Positions 19,308 to 29,366 of a stretch of 64,000 bases of DNA are shown here, in pieces. The stretch covers positions 32,001 to 96,000 of the forward strand of contig CAWFXA010000001.1 in the NCBI GenBank assembly GCA_963819655.1, read 5' to 3'. Source of the DNA: an uncultured Chloroflexia bacterium (lineage in GTDB: Bacteria > Chloroflexota > Limnocylindria > Limnocylindrales > CSP1-4). Made by a program: the position numbers and the translations under genes. How positions within the stretch are numbered: the stretch's first letter is position 1; each line of letters starts with the position of its first letter. The notes beneath the pieces were generated by a model. The model did not search any database and was not told the DNA's origin. It worked only from the letters and a program-made list of their open reading frames with translations.

Positions 19308-19760
19308 ATGGCCGGCGTGACCGATCCCGCCATCGCGCCTCCGCGCCCGACCGCCCTCGAGGCGGCGCTGGATCTCGTGGGCGACCGCTGGTCCCTGCTG
19401 ATCGTGGATGCTCTCCTGGATGGGCCGCGCCGGTTCGGCGAGGTCCGCGACGCCCTGCCGGGCATCGCCCCGAACATCCTGACCGACCGCCTCCGTCGCC
19501 TCGAGCGGGAGCGGATCCTCGTGTCCACGGCCTACTCGACGCGACCACCGCGGATGGAGTACCGGCTGACCGGCGACGGCCGCGACCTGGCGTCGGCGCT
19601 CCGGCTCCTCGCGGACTGGGGGAGCCGGCGGACGGGAGGCGAGCCGCTCCGCCACGATCGCTGCGGCACGCCGATCGAAGCCCGCTGGTTCTGTCCGACG
19701 TGCGCCGTCGCAGTCGTGGACGCCGAGATCAGCGGCGGCGAGCAGATCCGGGACGTCTGA
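19308..19760 (+). CDS. HxlR family regulator with C-terminal zinc-ribbon-like motif (start may be GTG 19317)
   Basis: LVGDRWSLLIV, RRFGE, LTDRLRRL, EYRLT; H..C...CPTC. Confidence 0.9.
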   Translation: MAGVTDPAIAPPRPTALEAALDLVGDRWSLLIVDALLDGPRRFGEVRDALPGIAPNILTDRLRRLERERILVSTAYSTRPPRMEYRLTGDGRDLASALRLLADWGSRRTGGEPLRHDRCGTPIEARWFCPTCAVAVVDAEISGGEQIRDV

Positions 19761-19778
19761 GGGACATTCGGTCGGTCG

Positions 19779-22499
19779 CTATCGCAACTTGTTCGCCAGC
19801 TGTGTCCGCGATGTCACATCCAGCTTTCGGAACGCCTTGCGCAGGTGGTATTCCACGGTGCTCGGGCTGATGAAGAGCTGCGTGGCGATCTCACGGTTCG
19901 TGTTGCCCTCGGCCGCGAGGCGTGAGATCTGCGACTCCTGTGGCGTGAGCTGATCGACCGTGTCGACGGTCCGCTTGCGGGCCTGCTCGCCCGTCGCCTC
20001 GAGTTCGATCCGTGAGCGCTCTGCGAAGGCATCCATCCCAAAGTCCGTGAAGAGCTCGTAGGCAGCCCGTAGCTCGTTCCGCGCGTCGATCCGCCGGGCC
20101 TCGCGCCGAAGCCACTCCCCGTAGACCAGGTGCGCGCGGGCGAGGTCTAGTCGAAGTCGCGTCGGCTCCAGTCGCTCGATCGCCTCCCGGTAGAGTGGCT
20201 CGGCCGCGTCACCCTGAGCGAGCAGGGCCCGTGATCGGGCCTCGACTCCGAGCGCCCATGGCGTCCCGCTCGCGCTCGTCGATGCGCACAGGGATTCGAG
20301 AGCTACCGCGCCTCGCTCCGGACGATCACTCCGAGCTGCCGCTTCGACCAGCTCGACGGTTGCATACGTGGAGAACCAGATCTCACCTGGGATCCTGGTC
20401 GCCTCCACGGCTGCGTCGAACGCATCGTCGTAGCGTCCGAGGCCGTTGTTCAGCACGGCGGTCACCCAGTTCGTTGCGGTAACGCCCAGCCCCTCGCCCC
20501 GAGTCAGGAAGTCATCGGTGACGACCGGGACCAGCCTGGTCAGCTCGTCCTCCCGTCCGCGGTGGGCCGCGAGCGCGAGTGCGCCGTAGAGAGGGCCGAT
20601 GCCATCGCCCGTGGCCCGGGCGAGCGCATCTGCCTCCTCGACCAGCGACGCCGCCGCTTTCGTCTCGCCGGCGAAAAGGTGGACCCCGACGCGCGTGGTG
20701 AGCGCAAGCGGCAGTTCCGCGAGCATCCCAGCTTCTCGGGCGGCTCGGATGTGGTGAGCTGTGAGCTTGTCCCATCCCTCGTATTCCCAGATGAATCCAG
20801 CTGCCCGACCGGCCAACCACCGCCACCGCAAGGCCTCGGCTGGTTCGACGTCGCGGCGTGCGAAGGCCGCCAGCGCCTGCCGCAGCGCCGGCGTTCCGGC
20901 CGCTGGCCCATGGGCGATCAGCGTCGCCAGCCCGTCGAGGAGCAAGTCGACCGGGCGTGGTGCTGCTGCCGGGGGCGCGTCGAGCGCTGCCCGGGCCACC
21001 TGCCCGGAGTCGGCGGCCCTTGCGAGTCGACCCGTGAACAGCGCCGCGGTCAGCGCGTCGAGGTACGTCTCGCGCGCCAGCAGGACGTCCAGCGATTCGA
21101 GTCGGCGAGCCGCGGCGAGCAGCAACGGCGGCGCGTCGCTCCCGCGGTTGGTGGCGAACGCGATCCGCGCCCGAAGGACCTCTGCCTGGGCCCGCTGGAA
21201 GTCGTCGAGCGGGCCGACCTCGGCAGTCTCGACGAGGGCGACGGCGTCGTCGACCGCCCCCGACTGGAGCTTCGCCTGTGCGGCAGCCAGCGCCCTTCCG
21301 GCACGTTTCGCGGGCTCGACGCTCAACTCGGCCGAACGCTGGAGGAAGGCGGCGGCCGCGGCGAACCCGCCGCGTGCCTGGGCTCGCGCCGCTGAACGCT
21401 CCAGGTCGGCGCCGACGTCCTCGTCGGGCATGACTGCTGCCTGTGCGCGGTGCCATGCGCGCCGATCCGGATCGGTCTCGGGATCCGTCGCTGCGGCGAG
21501 TGCCCGATGGACGTCTGTCCGCTCGTCCGAGCCGGCCGACCGGTACACGGCGGAGCGTACAAGCGGGTGCCGGAAGGCCACGCCCGGCCGGAATGCGATC
21601 AGACCGTTCGATTCCGCCGCGAAGGCCGCGGACTCCGGGATCCCGAGCCTCTCGGCGGCCCGCCACACGAGCGCGGCGTCCCCGGTTGGATCGCATGCCG
21701 CGATGAGGACAAGGAGGCGCGAGTCGCGCGGGAGGGCAGCGACTCGCCGCAGGAAGCTCTCTTCGATCCCGGCGTGCAGGGGCGCGGCCGCCAGAACGCC
21801 GAAGCCGCCCGCGAGCTGTGACGCTGTCAGGCCGCGTGGCAGCTCGACCAGCGCCAGGGGATTGCCGCGTGTCTCGACGACGAGCCGCTCGAGCACCTGG
21901 TCGTCCAGAGGAGCGGACAGGACCGACTCGAGGAGTGTCCGGGCGTCGCGATGACCGAGTGGGTCGACATGGACCTCGGGCAATCCCCGGATCGCCTCAC
22001 TCGTGTCCCGCGTCGCGAACACGATCGCGATCCGCTCGACCGCCAGGCGGCGAGCCGCGAACCCGAGTGCCTGCGCGGATGCCCGATCCAGCCACTGGGC
22101 GTCGTCGATCACGCACAGGAGGCCGCGCTCCTGAGCGGCCTCCGACAGGAGTCCAAGAACCGCGAGCGCCACGAGAAACGGATTCGGCGCCGGCCCCGGG
22201 CTCAGCCCGAACGCGATATCGAGCGCGTCGCGCTGGGGACGCGGCAGGCGCTCGCCGAGCGGAAGGATCGGCGCGCAGAGCTGCTGAACCGCGGCGAACG
22301 GGAGCTCCATCTCACCCTCGACCCCGGCGCTGCGCACGATTCGCAGCGTCGTGGCCTTCTCGACCGCGTCCTCCAACAGCGCCGTCTTGCCGACGCCGGG
22401 CTCGCCATGGACGACGAGGGCGCCGCCGTAACCGTCGCGGGCAGCCTCCACCAGCCGGTCAAGGGCCGCTCGCTCGCGTTCCCGGCCCAGCAACTGCAC
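19779..22499 (-). CDS. Large ATP-binding LuxR-family (LAL/MalT-like) regulator
   Basis: GRERE, GEPGVGKT Walker A, IDDAQWLD, GNPLAL, FRHPLVR, C-terminal LTPQE...TVEYHLRK LuxR HTH. Confidence 0.93.
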   Translation of the reverse strand: MQLLGRERERAALDRLVEAARDGYGGALVVHGEPGVGKTALLEDAVEKATTLRIVRSAGVEGEMELPFAAVQQLCAPILPLGERLPRPQRDALDIAFGLSPGPAPNPFLVALAVLGLLSEAAQERGLLCVIDDAQWLDRASAQALGFAARRLAVERIAIVFATRDTSEAIRGLPEVHVDPLGHRDARTLLESVLSAPLDDQVLERLVVETRGNPLALVELPRGLTASQLAGGFGVLAAAPLHAGIEESFLRRVAALPRDSRLLVLIAACDPTGDAALVWRAAERLGIPESAAFAAESNGLIAFRPGVAFRHPLVRSAVYRSAGSDERTDVHRALAAATDPETDPDRRAWHRAQAAVMPDEDVGADLERSAARAQARGGFAAAAAFLQRSAELSVEPAKRAGRALAAAQAKLQSGAVDDAVALVETAEVGPLDDFQRAQAEVLRARIAFATNRGSDAPPLLLAAARRLESLDVLLARETYLDALTAALFTGRLARAADSGQVARAALDAPPAAAPRPVDLLLDGLATLIAHGPAAGTPALRQALAAFARRDVEPAEALRWRWLAGRAAGFIWEYEGWDKLTAHHIRAAREAGMLAELPLALTTRVGVHLFAGETKAAASLVEEADALARATGDGIGPLYGALALAAHRGREDELTRLVPVVTDDFLTRGEGLGVTATNWVTAVLNNGLGRYDDAFDAAVEATRIPGEIWFSTYATVELVEAAARSDRPERGAVALESLCASTSASGTPWALGVEARSRALLAQGDAAEPLYREAIERLEPTRLRLDLARAHLVYGEWLRREARRIDARNELRAAYELFTDFGMDAFAERSRIELEATGEQARKRTVDTVDQLTPQESQISRLAAEGNTNREIATQLFISPSTVEYHLRKAFRKLDVTSRTQLANKLR

Positions 22500-22650
22500 C
22501 CGCCGTTACCTCCTAACGCGTCAACGCAGGACTCCTCGTCGCGCTCAGCATGCCACTGGGGTCGCGAACTACGGAGTTCCGGGATGCGATTGCTCCTTGT
22601 TGGCCACGACGATGCCGTCGAAACCAACCCCACTGGAAGGACCGCTCATC

Positions 22651-23094
22651 ATGGTCGAGTCACTCACCACGAACCAGCGCGAGGCCGTTGCCCGGCGGTA
22701 CGTCGCTGAAGTCTTCACCGGTAGCAACGCGGAACGCGCCCGCGACTACTTCACGGCCGACATCGCCTGGCACGGCGGCGCACTCGGAACCATCACGGGC
22801 GTCGACACCGTTGTCCCGGTCCTCGGCGGCTTCATCGGCGCCCTGTCGGACATCGAGGCAACCGTGCAGGACGCGATCGCGAGCGACGATCTGGTCGCCC
22901 TGCGCCTCGTCGTGACGGCGACCCACACGGGCAATCTGCTCGGCGTCCCGGCGACCGGACGCCCGGTCCGATGGGACGCCGTCGATATCTACCGGGTCAC
23001 GGACGACGGACGGATCAGCGAGCAGTGGGCTTTCGAGGACCTGGCCGCGATCCTCAGCCAGGTGGGCGCGATCGCCCTGCCGTGGGCCGGCTGA
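22651..23094 (+). CDS. SnoaL-like ester cyclase
   Basis: DLVALR...ATHTG.LLGVPATGR, GRISEQW. Confidence 0.88.
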   Translation: MVESLTTNQREAVARRYVAEVFTGSNAERARDYFTADIAWHGGALGTITGVDTVVPVLGGFIGALSDIEATVQDAIASDDLVALRLVVTATHTGNLLGVPATGRPVRWDAVDIYRVTDDGRISEQWAFEDLAAILSQVGAIALPWAG

Positions 23095-23158
23095 CCTCGA
23101 ACGAGCCATCGCGATCACGACGCGTCCGGAATGGCCGTCTGCAGCAAGGGAGCATGAC

Positions 23159-24139
23159 ATGAGCGCAACGTCACCAACCGAAACCTCCACCCCGAGCCTC
23201 CCCGATTACGCCCCGATCCCGGCATCCGCCTTCGGCCCGGCCCCGAACGAGCAGGGCTACTACGTCGGACGGATCGAGCGGAACCTCCACTGGGTCACCG
23301 ATGGCGTCTACCAGGCCGCCTTCCTGACGACCAAGGACGGCGTCGTCCTGTTCGACGCCCCGCCGAGCATCGGGCACAACCTCCAGCGCGCGATCGACGA
23401 GGTCGCCCGAGCCGACGGCGTCAGCAACACGGTGACGTACCTCGTCCACACGCACCACCACGCGGACCACGCCGGCGCGTCGTCGCTGTTCGGCAAGGAC
23501 GTCGTGCGCATCGGCCACGAGGAGACGCGGCGGCTGCTGCTCCGCGACGACGACCCGAACCGGCCGGCGCCGGAGGAGACGTTCAGCGATCGGCGGACGC
23601 TGGACATCGGCGGCGAGCGGATCGAGCTCGCGTGGCACGGCGCCAACCACACGCCCGACAACAGCGTCATCCACTTTCCCGAGCACGACACGCTGATGAT
23701 GGTCGACATCGTGAACGTGGGCTGGGTGCCGGTGTACGTCGTCAACCTGTCCGACGACATCCCGGGCTACCTGGCGATGCCGGCCACGGCGTTGACCTAC
23801 CCGTGGACGACGCTCATCAGCGGCCACCTGGGCCGGCTCGGCACGCGCGACGACGTCGCCCTCCACCAGCAGTACATGACCGACCTCGAGGCCAGCGCGA
23901 AGACTGCCCTCGCCACCGTCGATCCGACGCCCTACTTCGCGAAGTACGGCGCGGTCGGCAACATGTGGGGCGCCGTCAAGGCCTACCTCAACGCGGTGGC
24001 CGAGGCGACGGCCGCGCCGGTCATCGAGAAGTACACGGGCGTGCTCGCAGCCGCGGACGTGTTCACCCCGGAGGTCGCGTTCTGGCTGATGGAGTCGATG
24101 CGCCTCAACCGCGGGATCGGCCTGCAGGTCCACCCGTGA
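23159..24139 (+). CDS. Metallo-beta-lactamase fold hydrolase
   Basis: THHHADH, NHT, VDIV, ISGH. Confidence 0.9.
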   Translation: MSATSPTETSTPSLPDYAPIPASAFGPAPNEQGYYVGRIERNLHWVTDGVYQAAFLTTKDGVVLFDAPPSIGHNLQRAIDEVARADGVSNTVTYLVHTHHHADHAGASSLFGKDVVRIGHEETRRLLLRDDDPNRPAPEETFSDRRTLDIGGERIELAWHGANHTPDNSVIHFPEHDTLMMVDIVNVGWVPVYVVNLSDDIPGYLAMPATALTYPWTTLISGHLGRLGTRDDVALHQQYMTDLEASAKTALATVDPTPYFAKYGAVGNMWGAVKAYLNAVAEATAAPVIEKYTGVLAAADVFTPEVAFWLMESMRLNRGIGLQVHP

Positions 24140-24169
24140 GCGCAGATCGGCTCTGTCACGATTGAGCTG

Positions 24170-24835
24170 ATGGAGACAAGGACAAGCGAGCCTGCGCCCG
24201 TCGATCCCGCCGCCCAGGCGTTCCTGCGTCAGGCCGATCCAGTCCTCGCCCGGATCATCGACGCGCGGCCGGACTTCCGTCCGCGCGCCTGGACGAAGGA
24301 CCTTCCCGCCCTCGACGCTTTCTCGACCCTGATCTTCCAGGTCATCGGGCAGCAGCTCTCGGTGAGCGCGACACGAACCATCCTCGGCCGCCTCGAGCAG
24401 CGCTTCGGCGGCCGACTGCCGACACCGGCAGAGATGCTCGCGGCGGATCCTGATGCGGTTCGATCGAGCGGCCTGTCGGCGCGGAAGACGGCCACGTTGC
24501 GGGCGGTCGCGGAGCGCTTCGTCGATGGCCGATTGAGCGACGAAGCGTTGTCAGCCATGTCAGACGAGGACGTCGTCGCGACCCTGACCAGCATTCCGGG
24601 GATCGGGCCGTGGACGGCACATGGCTTCCTCCTCGTCGCCCTGAACCGACCCGACGTCTTCCTAACGGGCGATGTCGCACTCCGGCGGGCCATCGGGCGC
24701 GCCTACGCGTTCGATCATGTCCCGACGGACGACGAGATGCTCCAGCTAGCAGAACGCTGGCGACCGTATCGGAGTCTCGCGGTGAGCTACCTGTTCGCCT
24801 CCGAATACGACGAACCCACGGGTGCCGAAGCCTGA
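24170..24835 (+). CDS. alkA: DNA-3-methyladenine glycosylase II (HhH-GPD)
   Basis: IGQQLSV, GLSARK, IPGIGPWTA, RPDVF..GD, WRPYRS. Confidence 0.9.
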   Translation: METRTSEPAPVDPAAQAFLRQADPVLARIIDARPDFRPRAWTKDLPALDAFSTLIFQVIGQQLSVSATRTILGRLEQRFGGRLPTPAEMLAADPDAVRSSGLSARKTATLRAVAERFVDGRLSDEALSAMSDEDVVATLTSIPGIGPWTAHGFLLVALNRPDVFLTGDVALRRAIGRAYAFDHVPTDDEMLQLAERWRPYRSLAVSYLFASEYDEPTGAEA

Positions 24836-24899
24836 GCTGCATGCCAAACCCGACTCTGTGGGCCGTCGCCGCCGTTGGAACGAGGTGGTCCGCCTCGCT

Positions 24900-25472
24900 T
24901 CAGCGGAGCTGCGCCTTCAGCTCCGCCGCAGCCGATGCGAGGATCTCCCTCGAGAGGGCCTCGTCATTGACCGCTCGCGCCATCGACACCGCACCCACGA
25001 GCGTCGACAGCGCGGTGATCGCCGTTGCCCGACTCCGGTCGCTGGTTCCTGGTGGGAGCAGTCGCACCAGCATGTCGATGTAGACGCCGACCTGGTTGGT
25101 GTACGCGGCTCGCGCGCGCGGCGTGCTGCGGGTAACGTCGCCCGCGAGCGTCGTAACGGCGCAGCTCGTCCCGAGGTTGTCCCTGTGGGTGACGCTCAAG
25201 TACGCATCGATGACCGCCGCCAGTGGATCGCGGGGCGACTCGGCGACGGCCGCCATCGCCTCACCGCCGTCGTGGAGCGCGCGTTCGACCCCTTCTGCCA
25301 CGAGTTCGTCGCGCGACTGGAAGTGGCGGTAGAAGCCACCATGGGTCAAGCCGGCAGCGTGCATCAGTTCGGCCACGCCCACCCTGTCGACTCCTTCCTC
25401 GCGGAAGCGCGACGCAGCCACGCCGACGATCTTGTCGTGGTGCATGCGTTTGCTGGCACGCGAATGGCCCAT
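24900..25472 (-). CDS. TetR family regulator
   Basis: MGHSRASK, FREEG, AAGLTHGGFYRHF. Confidence 0.92.
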   Translation of the reverse strand: MGHSRASKRMHHDKIVGVAASRFREEGVDRVGVAELMHAAGLTHGGFYRHFQSRDELVAEGVERALHDGGEAMAAVAESPRDPLAAVIDAYLSVTHRDNLGTSCAVTTLAGDVTRSTPRARAAYTNQVGVYIDMLVRLLPPGTSDRSRATAITALSTLVGAVSMARAVNDEALSREILASAAAELKAQLR

Positions 25473-25496
25473 GCGCTCTGCCCCTCTACCTGTTGT

Positions 25497-25549
25497 TTGA
25501 CAGCCGGGATGATGATCGTCATCCTCAATCTGGATGACGGGCGTCATCT
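25497..25549 (+). promoter_or_regulatory. Divergent promoter with two TetR-type operators
   Basis: TTGACA-17-CATCCT; dyads GGATGATGATCGTCATCC (25507-25524) and GGATGACGGGCGTCATCT (25532-25549). Confidence 0.75.
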
Positions 25550-25624
25550 GAGCATGTGCGCCCACCCACAGCGATCGGCGAACGCGAGGCACTTCGCCGG
25601 GCACTCGAGGACGGAGCCTGACAC

Positions 25625-26068
25625 ATGCCGATGATCGACGTCTACGCAGCAGCCGGCACCTTCGGCGACACGCACACGCTCGCGCGCGACCTCGCCACGG
25701 CCGTGATGACCGTCGAACAGGTGCCCGACATCCCGATGTTCCGCGACAACACTGCCGCGTTCGTCCACGAGCTTCCGCCCGCTGCGATTTCCAACGTCAA
25801 CGGCGACAGCACCTACGTCCGGGTCCAGGTGCTCACCAACGCCGGCGCACTCGACCGTGAGAAGCAGCTCGCGGTCGTCGCCCAGCTCACATCGATCGTG
25901 GCAGGCGCGGCCGGCGATCCATCGCTCGCCGACCGGACGTGGGTCCTTCTCACGGAAGCGCCCGAGGGTGGCTGGGGTCTGCACGGACACGCCAGCACGA
26001 ACGCCGAACTCGTCGCGGCGGCCCGGGCGCAGATGGCTGAACTCGGGGCGGCGGCGTCGAAGGCCTGA
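25625..26068 (+). CDS. Tautomerase superfamily protein (Pro-1), copy 2
   Basis: MPMIDV start; colinear paralog of 5231-5671. Confidence 0.85.
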   Translation: MPMIDVYAAAGTFGDTHTLARDLATAVMTVEQVPDIPMFRDNTAAFVHELPPAAISNVNGDSTYVRVQVLTNAGALDREKQLAVVAQLTSIVAGAAGDPSLADRTWVLLTEAPEGGWGLHGHASTNAELVAAARAQMAELGAAASKA

Positions 26069-26095
26069 CGAACCTCTGGGCCGGCTGAGCTATGA

Positions 26096-26124
26096 AGACC
26101 CCTCCGATCCGATCGGAGGGGTCT
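26096..26124. terminator. Hairpin between convergent genes
   Basis: AGACCCCTCCGAT-ccg-ATCGGAGGGGTCT perfect 13-bp stem. Confidence 0.75.
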
Positions 26125-26162
26125 CTGATTCGGCCGCGATCGTCGTGATCGCGCGGGATCGA

Positions 26163-26939
26163 TCAGCGCGGCGCGGACTTGAGCAAGCCGAGACTCGCGC
26201 CCTGCGGGTCGCTTACGATCGCGAATCGTCCGCCCGGGAAGTCCTGCGGCGGCAGCAGCTCGCTCGCGCCCGCATCGATGGCCTTCCGGAACGCGCTGTC
26301 CACGTCTTCGACCGCGAAGTACACCTGCCAGTAGCTGGGCACCTCAGCCGGGACCATGGGGTTCATCTCCCAGGCGCCGGCGACGCTCTGCCCGTCCAGC
26401 AGGAACTCGGTGTACGAGGGTTGCCCCTCGCCCATCTCGCTTGTCCTCGTCGTCCAGCCGAAGACGGACGAATAGAACGGGATGGCCTTCTCGATGCCGC
26501 GCGCATTGAGCTCGGCCCAATTGAAGGAATTCGGGGCGTCGGTCTGGAAGCCGCCCATCCTCGAGCCCTGCCAGGCCGAGATGTGCGCGCCAGACGGGTC
26601 CTGGAAGACCGCCATCCTGCCCTGGTCGCCCACGTCGAAGGGCGGAGCGACGACGGTCCCGCCGGCCGACTGCACGCGCTTCGCAAGCGCCTCGATGTCG
26701 TTGGTGCCGATATAGACACTCCAGGCCGTCGGCGTGTTCGGGGTCTGAGCCGGGCCGATCCCGGCGGCGTCGTTGTCGCCCAGCTTGGCCAGCGCGTAAC
26801 CGCCGTACTGAGGATCGGGATTGACCTCCACCCTCCAGCCGAAGACCTTGGAATAGAAGTCGCGCGAGGCCCCCGCGTCAGAGCTCGATAGGTCGACCCA
26901 GGCCGGCTTGTCGATGATCGTTGCCGTGGCGTGTGCCAT
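26163..26939 (-). CDS. Two-domain VOC/glyoxalase protein (Rv0577/CFP32-like)
   Basis: PAWVDL...DFYSKVFGW, GRMAVFQDPSGA, WAEL...FYSSVFGW, GRFAIVSDPQGA. Confidence 0.9.
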   Translation of the reverse strand: MAHATATIIDKPAWVDLSSSDAGASRDFYSKVFGWRVEVNPDPQYGGYALAKLGDNDAAGIGPAQTPNTPTAWSVYIGTNDIEALAKRVQSAGGTVVAPPFDVGDQGRMAVFQDPSGAHISAWQGSRMGGFQTDAPNSFNWAELNARGIEKAIPFYSSVFGWTTRTSEMGEGQPSYTEFLLDGQSVAGAWEMNPMVPAEVPSYWQVYFAVEDVDSAFRKAIDAGASELLPPQDFPGGRFAIVSDPQGASLGLLKSAPR

Positions 26940-27121
26940 GACGTGCCTCCTTCATGGCTGAGCGTTTCTTCTAGGGACGACACGATTATCCCACCGACCT
27001 AGCCCCGAGGTCTTGAGGCGACGCGGAAACACCACGGTCATACGACACGCCTAGACTGGCCACGGGCCGGTGAGGCGAGTCAGCCACGCGGTAGCGGACA
27101 CCGGCTTATCGGAGGTCAGCC

Positions 27122-29296
27122 ATGGGCAACGCAACGACCGTGATCGACAAGCGCCCGACGCCGGCAGACCCGATGCCCGGCACGACGCTCGATCGCAGCA
27201 TTCCCGGGCCGAAACGGACGCTCCCGCCCGAGCTTGGCCCCGACGCGATCGCCGTGCTCGAAGGCCGCACGTTCATGTATTCCGACTCGGTCGGCGATGT
27301 CCCGAAGAACTCGATCGGCGGCCTCGTTCACGCCGACACTCGGTTTCTGAGCCGTTGGGCGTTGACCGTCAACGGGGCGCCGTTCCTCGTCCTGCGGGCC
27401 GGCACCATCGACTATTACTCGGCTGAGTTCTTCCTGACCAACCCGCGGCTCGACGGACTCGAGGCAAACAGCGTCGGCCTGCGCCGTCTTCGGTTCGTCG
27501 GGAATGGTCTCCACGAGCGGCTCGAGCTCGAGAGCTACCGGGACGAGCCTCTCCGGATCGAGCTGCGGCTCGCGGTTGACAACGACTTCGCCGACCTGTT
27601 CGAGATCAAGGACAAGGTCCGTGACCGCTCGGCCCAGATCGAGCGGACGCCCGCCACCGACCGATCCGGCCTGACCTTCCGCTACACCAACGAGACCTTC
27701 TCAGCGGAGACGACGGTCGAGGTCTCGGCCGCCGCGAGTCGGATCGACGGCGACGGACTGACCTGGGTCATCGACCTGCCGGCGCGAGGCCGTTGGGACT
27801 GCGAGCTGCACGTTCCGCTCAAGCTCGGCCCGCGCGAGCTCCAACCGATGCACGCGAGCTTCGGCGATGTGTTTGCCGTCGGGGCCGACGATCCCGTCGC
27901 CGCGTGGCTCGCCGAGCTGCCCCAGATCGAGACCGACTCGCACCTGCTGGGTGAGGTTGTCGGTCGGACGGCGCGCGACCTGATCGCGCTCCGGATCGAG
28001 GTGACATACGAGGATGAGACGATCCGACTGCCGGCCGCCGGCCTGCCCTGGTTCCTGACGCTCTTCGGCCGGGACACGCTGCTCAGCGCCTACCAGACGG
28101 TCGCCTTCGGGCCGGGCCTCGCCCAGGGCGCGCTCCTAGCCCTCGCCTTTTACCAAGCCGACAAGAGCGATGACTTCCGGGACATGGAGCCGGGCAAGAT
28201 CCTGCACGAGCTGCGGATGGGCGAGCTCACTCAGCTCGGGCTCAAGCCGCACAGCCCGTACTACGGCAGTGCCAATTCGACGCCGCTGTGGTTGATCCTT
28301 CTTTCTGAGTATTGGCGCTGGACCCACGACGAGAAGCTGATCGGCTCGCTGCGTAACAACGCTCTTGCGGCGCTCGCCTGGATCGATCAGTCCGGGGATC
28401 GCGACGGCGACGGTTACGTCGAATACGGGACACGCTCTTCTCAGGGCCTCGGGAACCAATGCTGGCGCGACTCGTACGACGGGGTCCTGTTCGCCGACGG
28501 GACGATCCCCTACCTGCCGATCGCGACGGCCGAGATCCAGGGCTACGTCTACGACGCCAAGCTCCGCATGGCAGAGCTGGCCGACGGGCCGTACGCGGAC
28601 CCCGCGCTGGCCGCCCGCCTGCGGAGCGATGCGGCCGCTCTGCGCGAGCGTTTCGAGCGCGACTTCTGGATCGACGCGCGTGGCGGGTACTACGCCATCG
28701 GGCTCGACGCCGACAAGCGACCGATCGATTCACTGACCTCGAACATCGGCCACCTGCTCTGGTCGGGCATCGTGTCGGACGAGCGAGCCGCGATCGTGGC
28801 CCGTCAGCTGATGTCCGACCCTCTCTTCTCGGGCTGGGGCGTCCGGACGCTGTCGACCGACGACGCTGGCTTCAACCCGATCGGGTACCACCGCGGCACA
28901 GTCTGGCCGCACGACAACTCGCTTATCGCCCAGGGCCTGACCCGGTACGGCTTCCGCGACGAGGCAAACCGGATCGCGCAGGCGATGCTGGACGCGGCAG
29001 CGTTCTCGGGCTACCGGTTGCCGGAGGCCTTCTCGGGTTACCCGCGATCACTCGCCCGCTTCCCGGTCCCATACCCGACAGCCTGCAGCCCGCAGGCCTG
29101 GGCGACCGGGACGCCGCCCCTGCTTCTGCGAGCGATGCTCGGCCTGGAGGCACGGGACGGGCAGGTGACGCTCGATCCGAGCCTGCCCGACGAGATCGGC
29201 CGAGTCTCGATCAGCGGCCTCCGGGCCTTCGGCACGCGCTGGGACGTGGAGGCGAAGGGTCGAAGCGGGAGCGTCCGCCCGGCCAGTCAGGGCTGA
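27122..29296 (+). CDS. Glycogen-debranching/amylo-alpha-1,6-glucosidase family protein
   Basis: DTRFLS, AGLPWFLTLFGRD, EPGKILHE, NQCWRDS, YHRGTVWPHDN, CSPQAW. Confidence 0.9.
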   Translation: MGNATTVIDKRPTPADPMPGTTLDRSIPGPKRTLPPELGPDAIAVLEGRTFMYSDSVGDVPKNSIGGLVHADTRFLSRWALTVNGAPFLVLRAGTIDYYSAEFFLTNPRLDGLEANSVGLRRLRFVGNGLHERLELESYRDEPLRIELRLAVDNDFADLFEIKDKVRDRSAQIERTPATDRSGLTFRYTNETFSAETTVEVSAAASRIDGDGLTWVIDLPARGRWDCELHVPLKLGPRELQPMHASFGDVFAVGADDPVAAWLAELPQIETDSHLLGEVVGRTARDLIALRIEVTYEDETIRLPAAGLPWFLTLFGRDTLLSAYQTVAFGPGLAQGALLALAFYQADKSDDFRDMEPGKILHELRMGELTQLGLKPHSPYYGSANSTPLWLILLSEYWRWTHDEKLIGSLRNNALAALAWIDQSGDRDGDGYVEYGTRSSQGLGNQCWRDSYDGVLFADGTIPYLPIATAEIQGYVYDAKLRMAELADGPYADPALAARLRSDAAALRERFERDFWIDARGGYYAIGLDADKRPIDSLTSNIGHLLWSGIVSDERAAIVARQLMSDPLFSGWGVRTLSTDDAGFNPIGYHRGTVWPHDNSLIAQGLTRYGFRDEANRIAQAMLDAAAFSGYRLPEAFSGYPRSLARFPVPYPTACSPQAWATGTPPLLLRAMLGLEARDGQVTLDPSLPDEIGRVSISGLRAFGTRWDVEAKGRSGSVRPASQG

Positions 29297-29366
29297 TCCA
29301 CCATCTGCCGATGGAAGGCGATAGGGCGATGTCGATCTTGCTCACGCGGATGGCGGTCGGTGAGCC

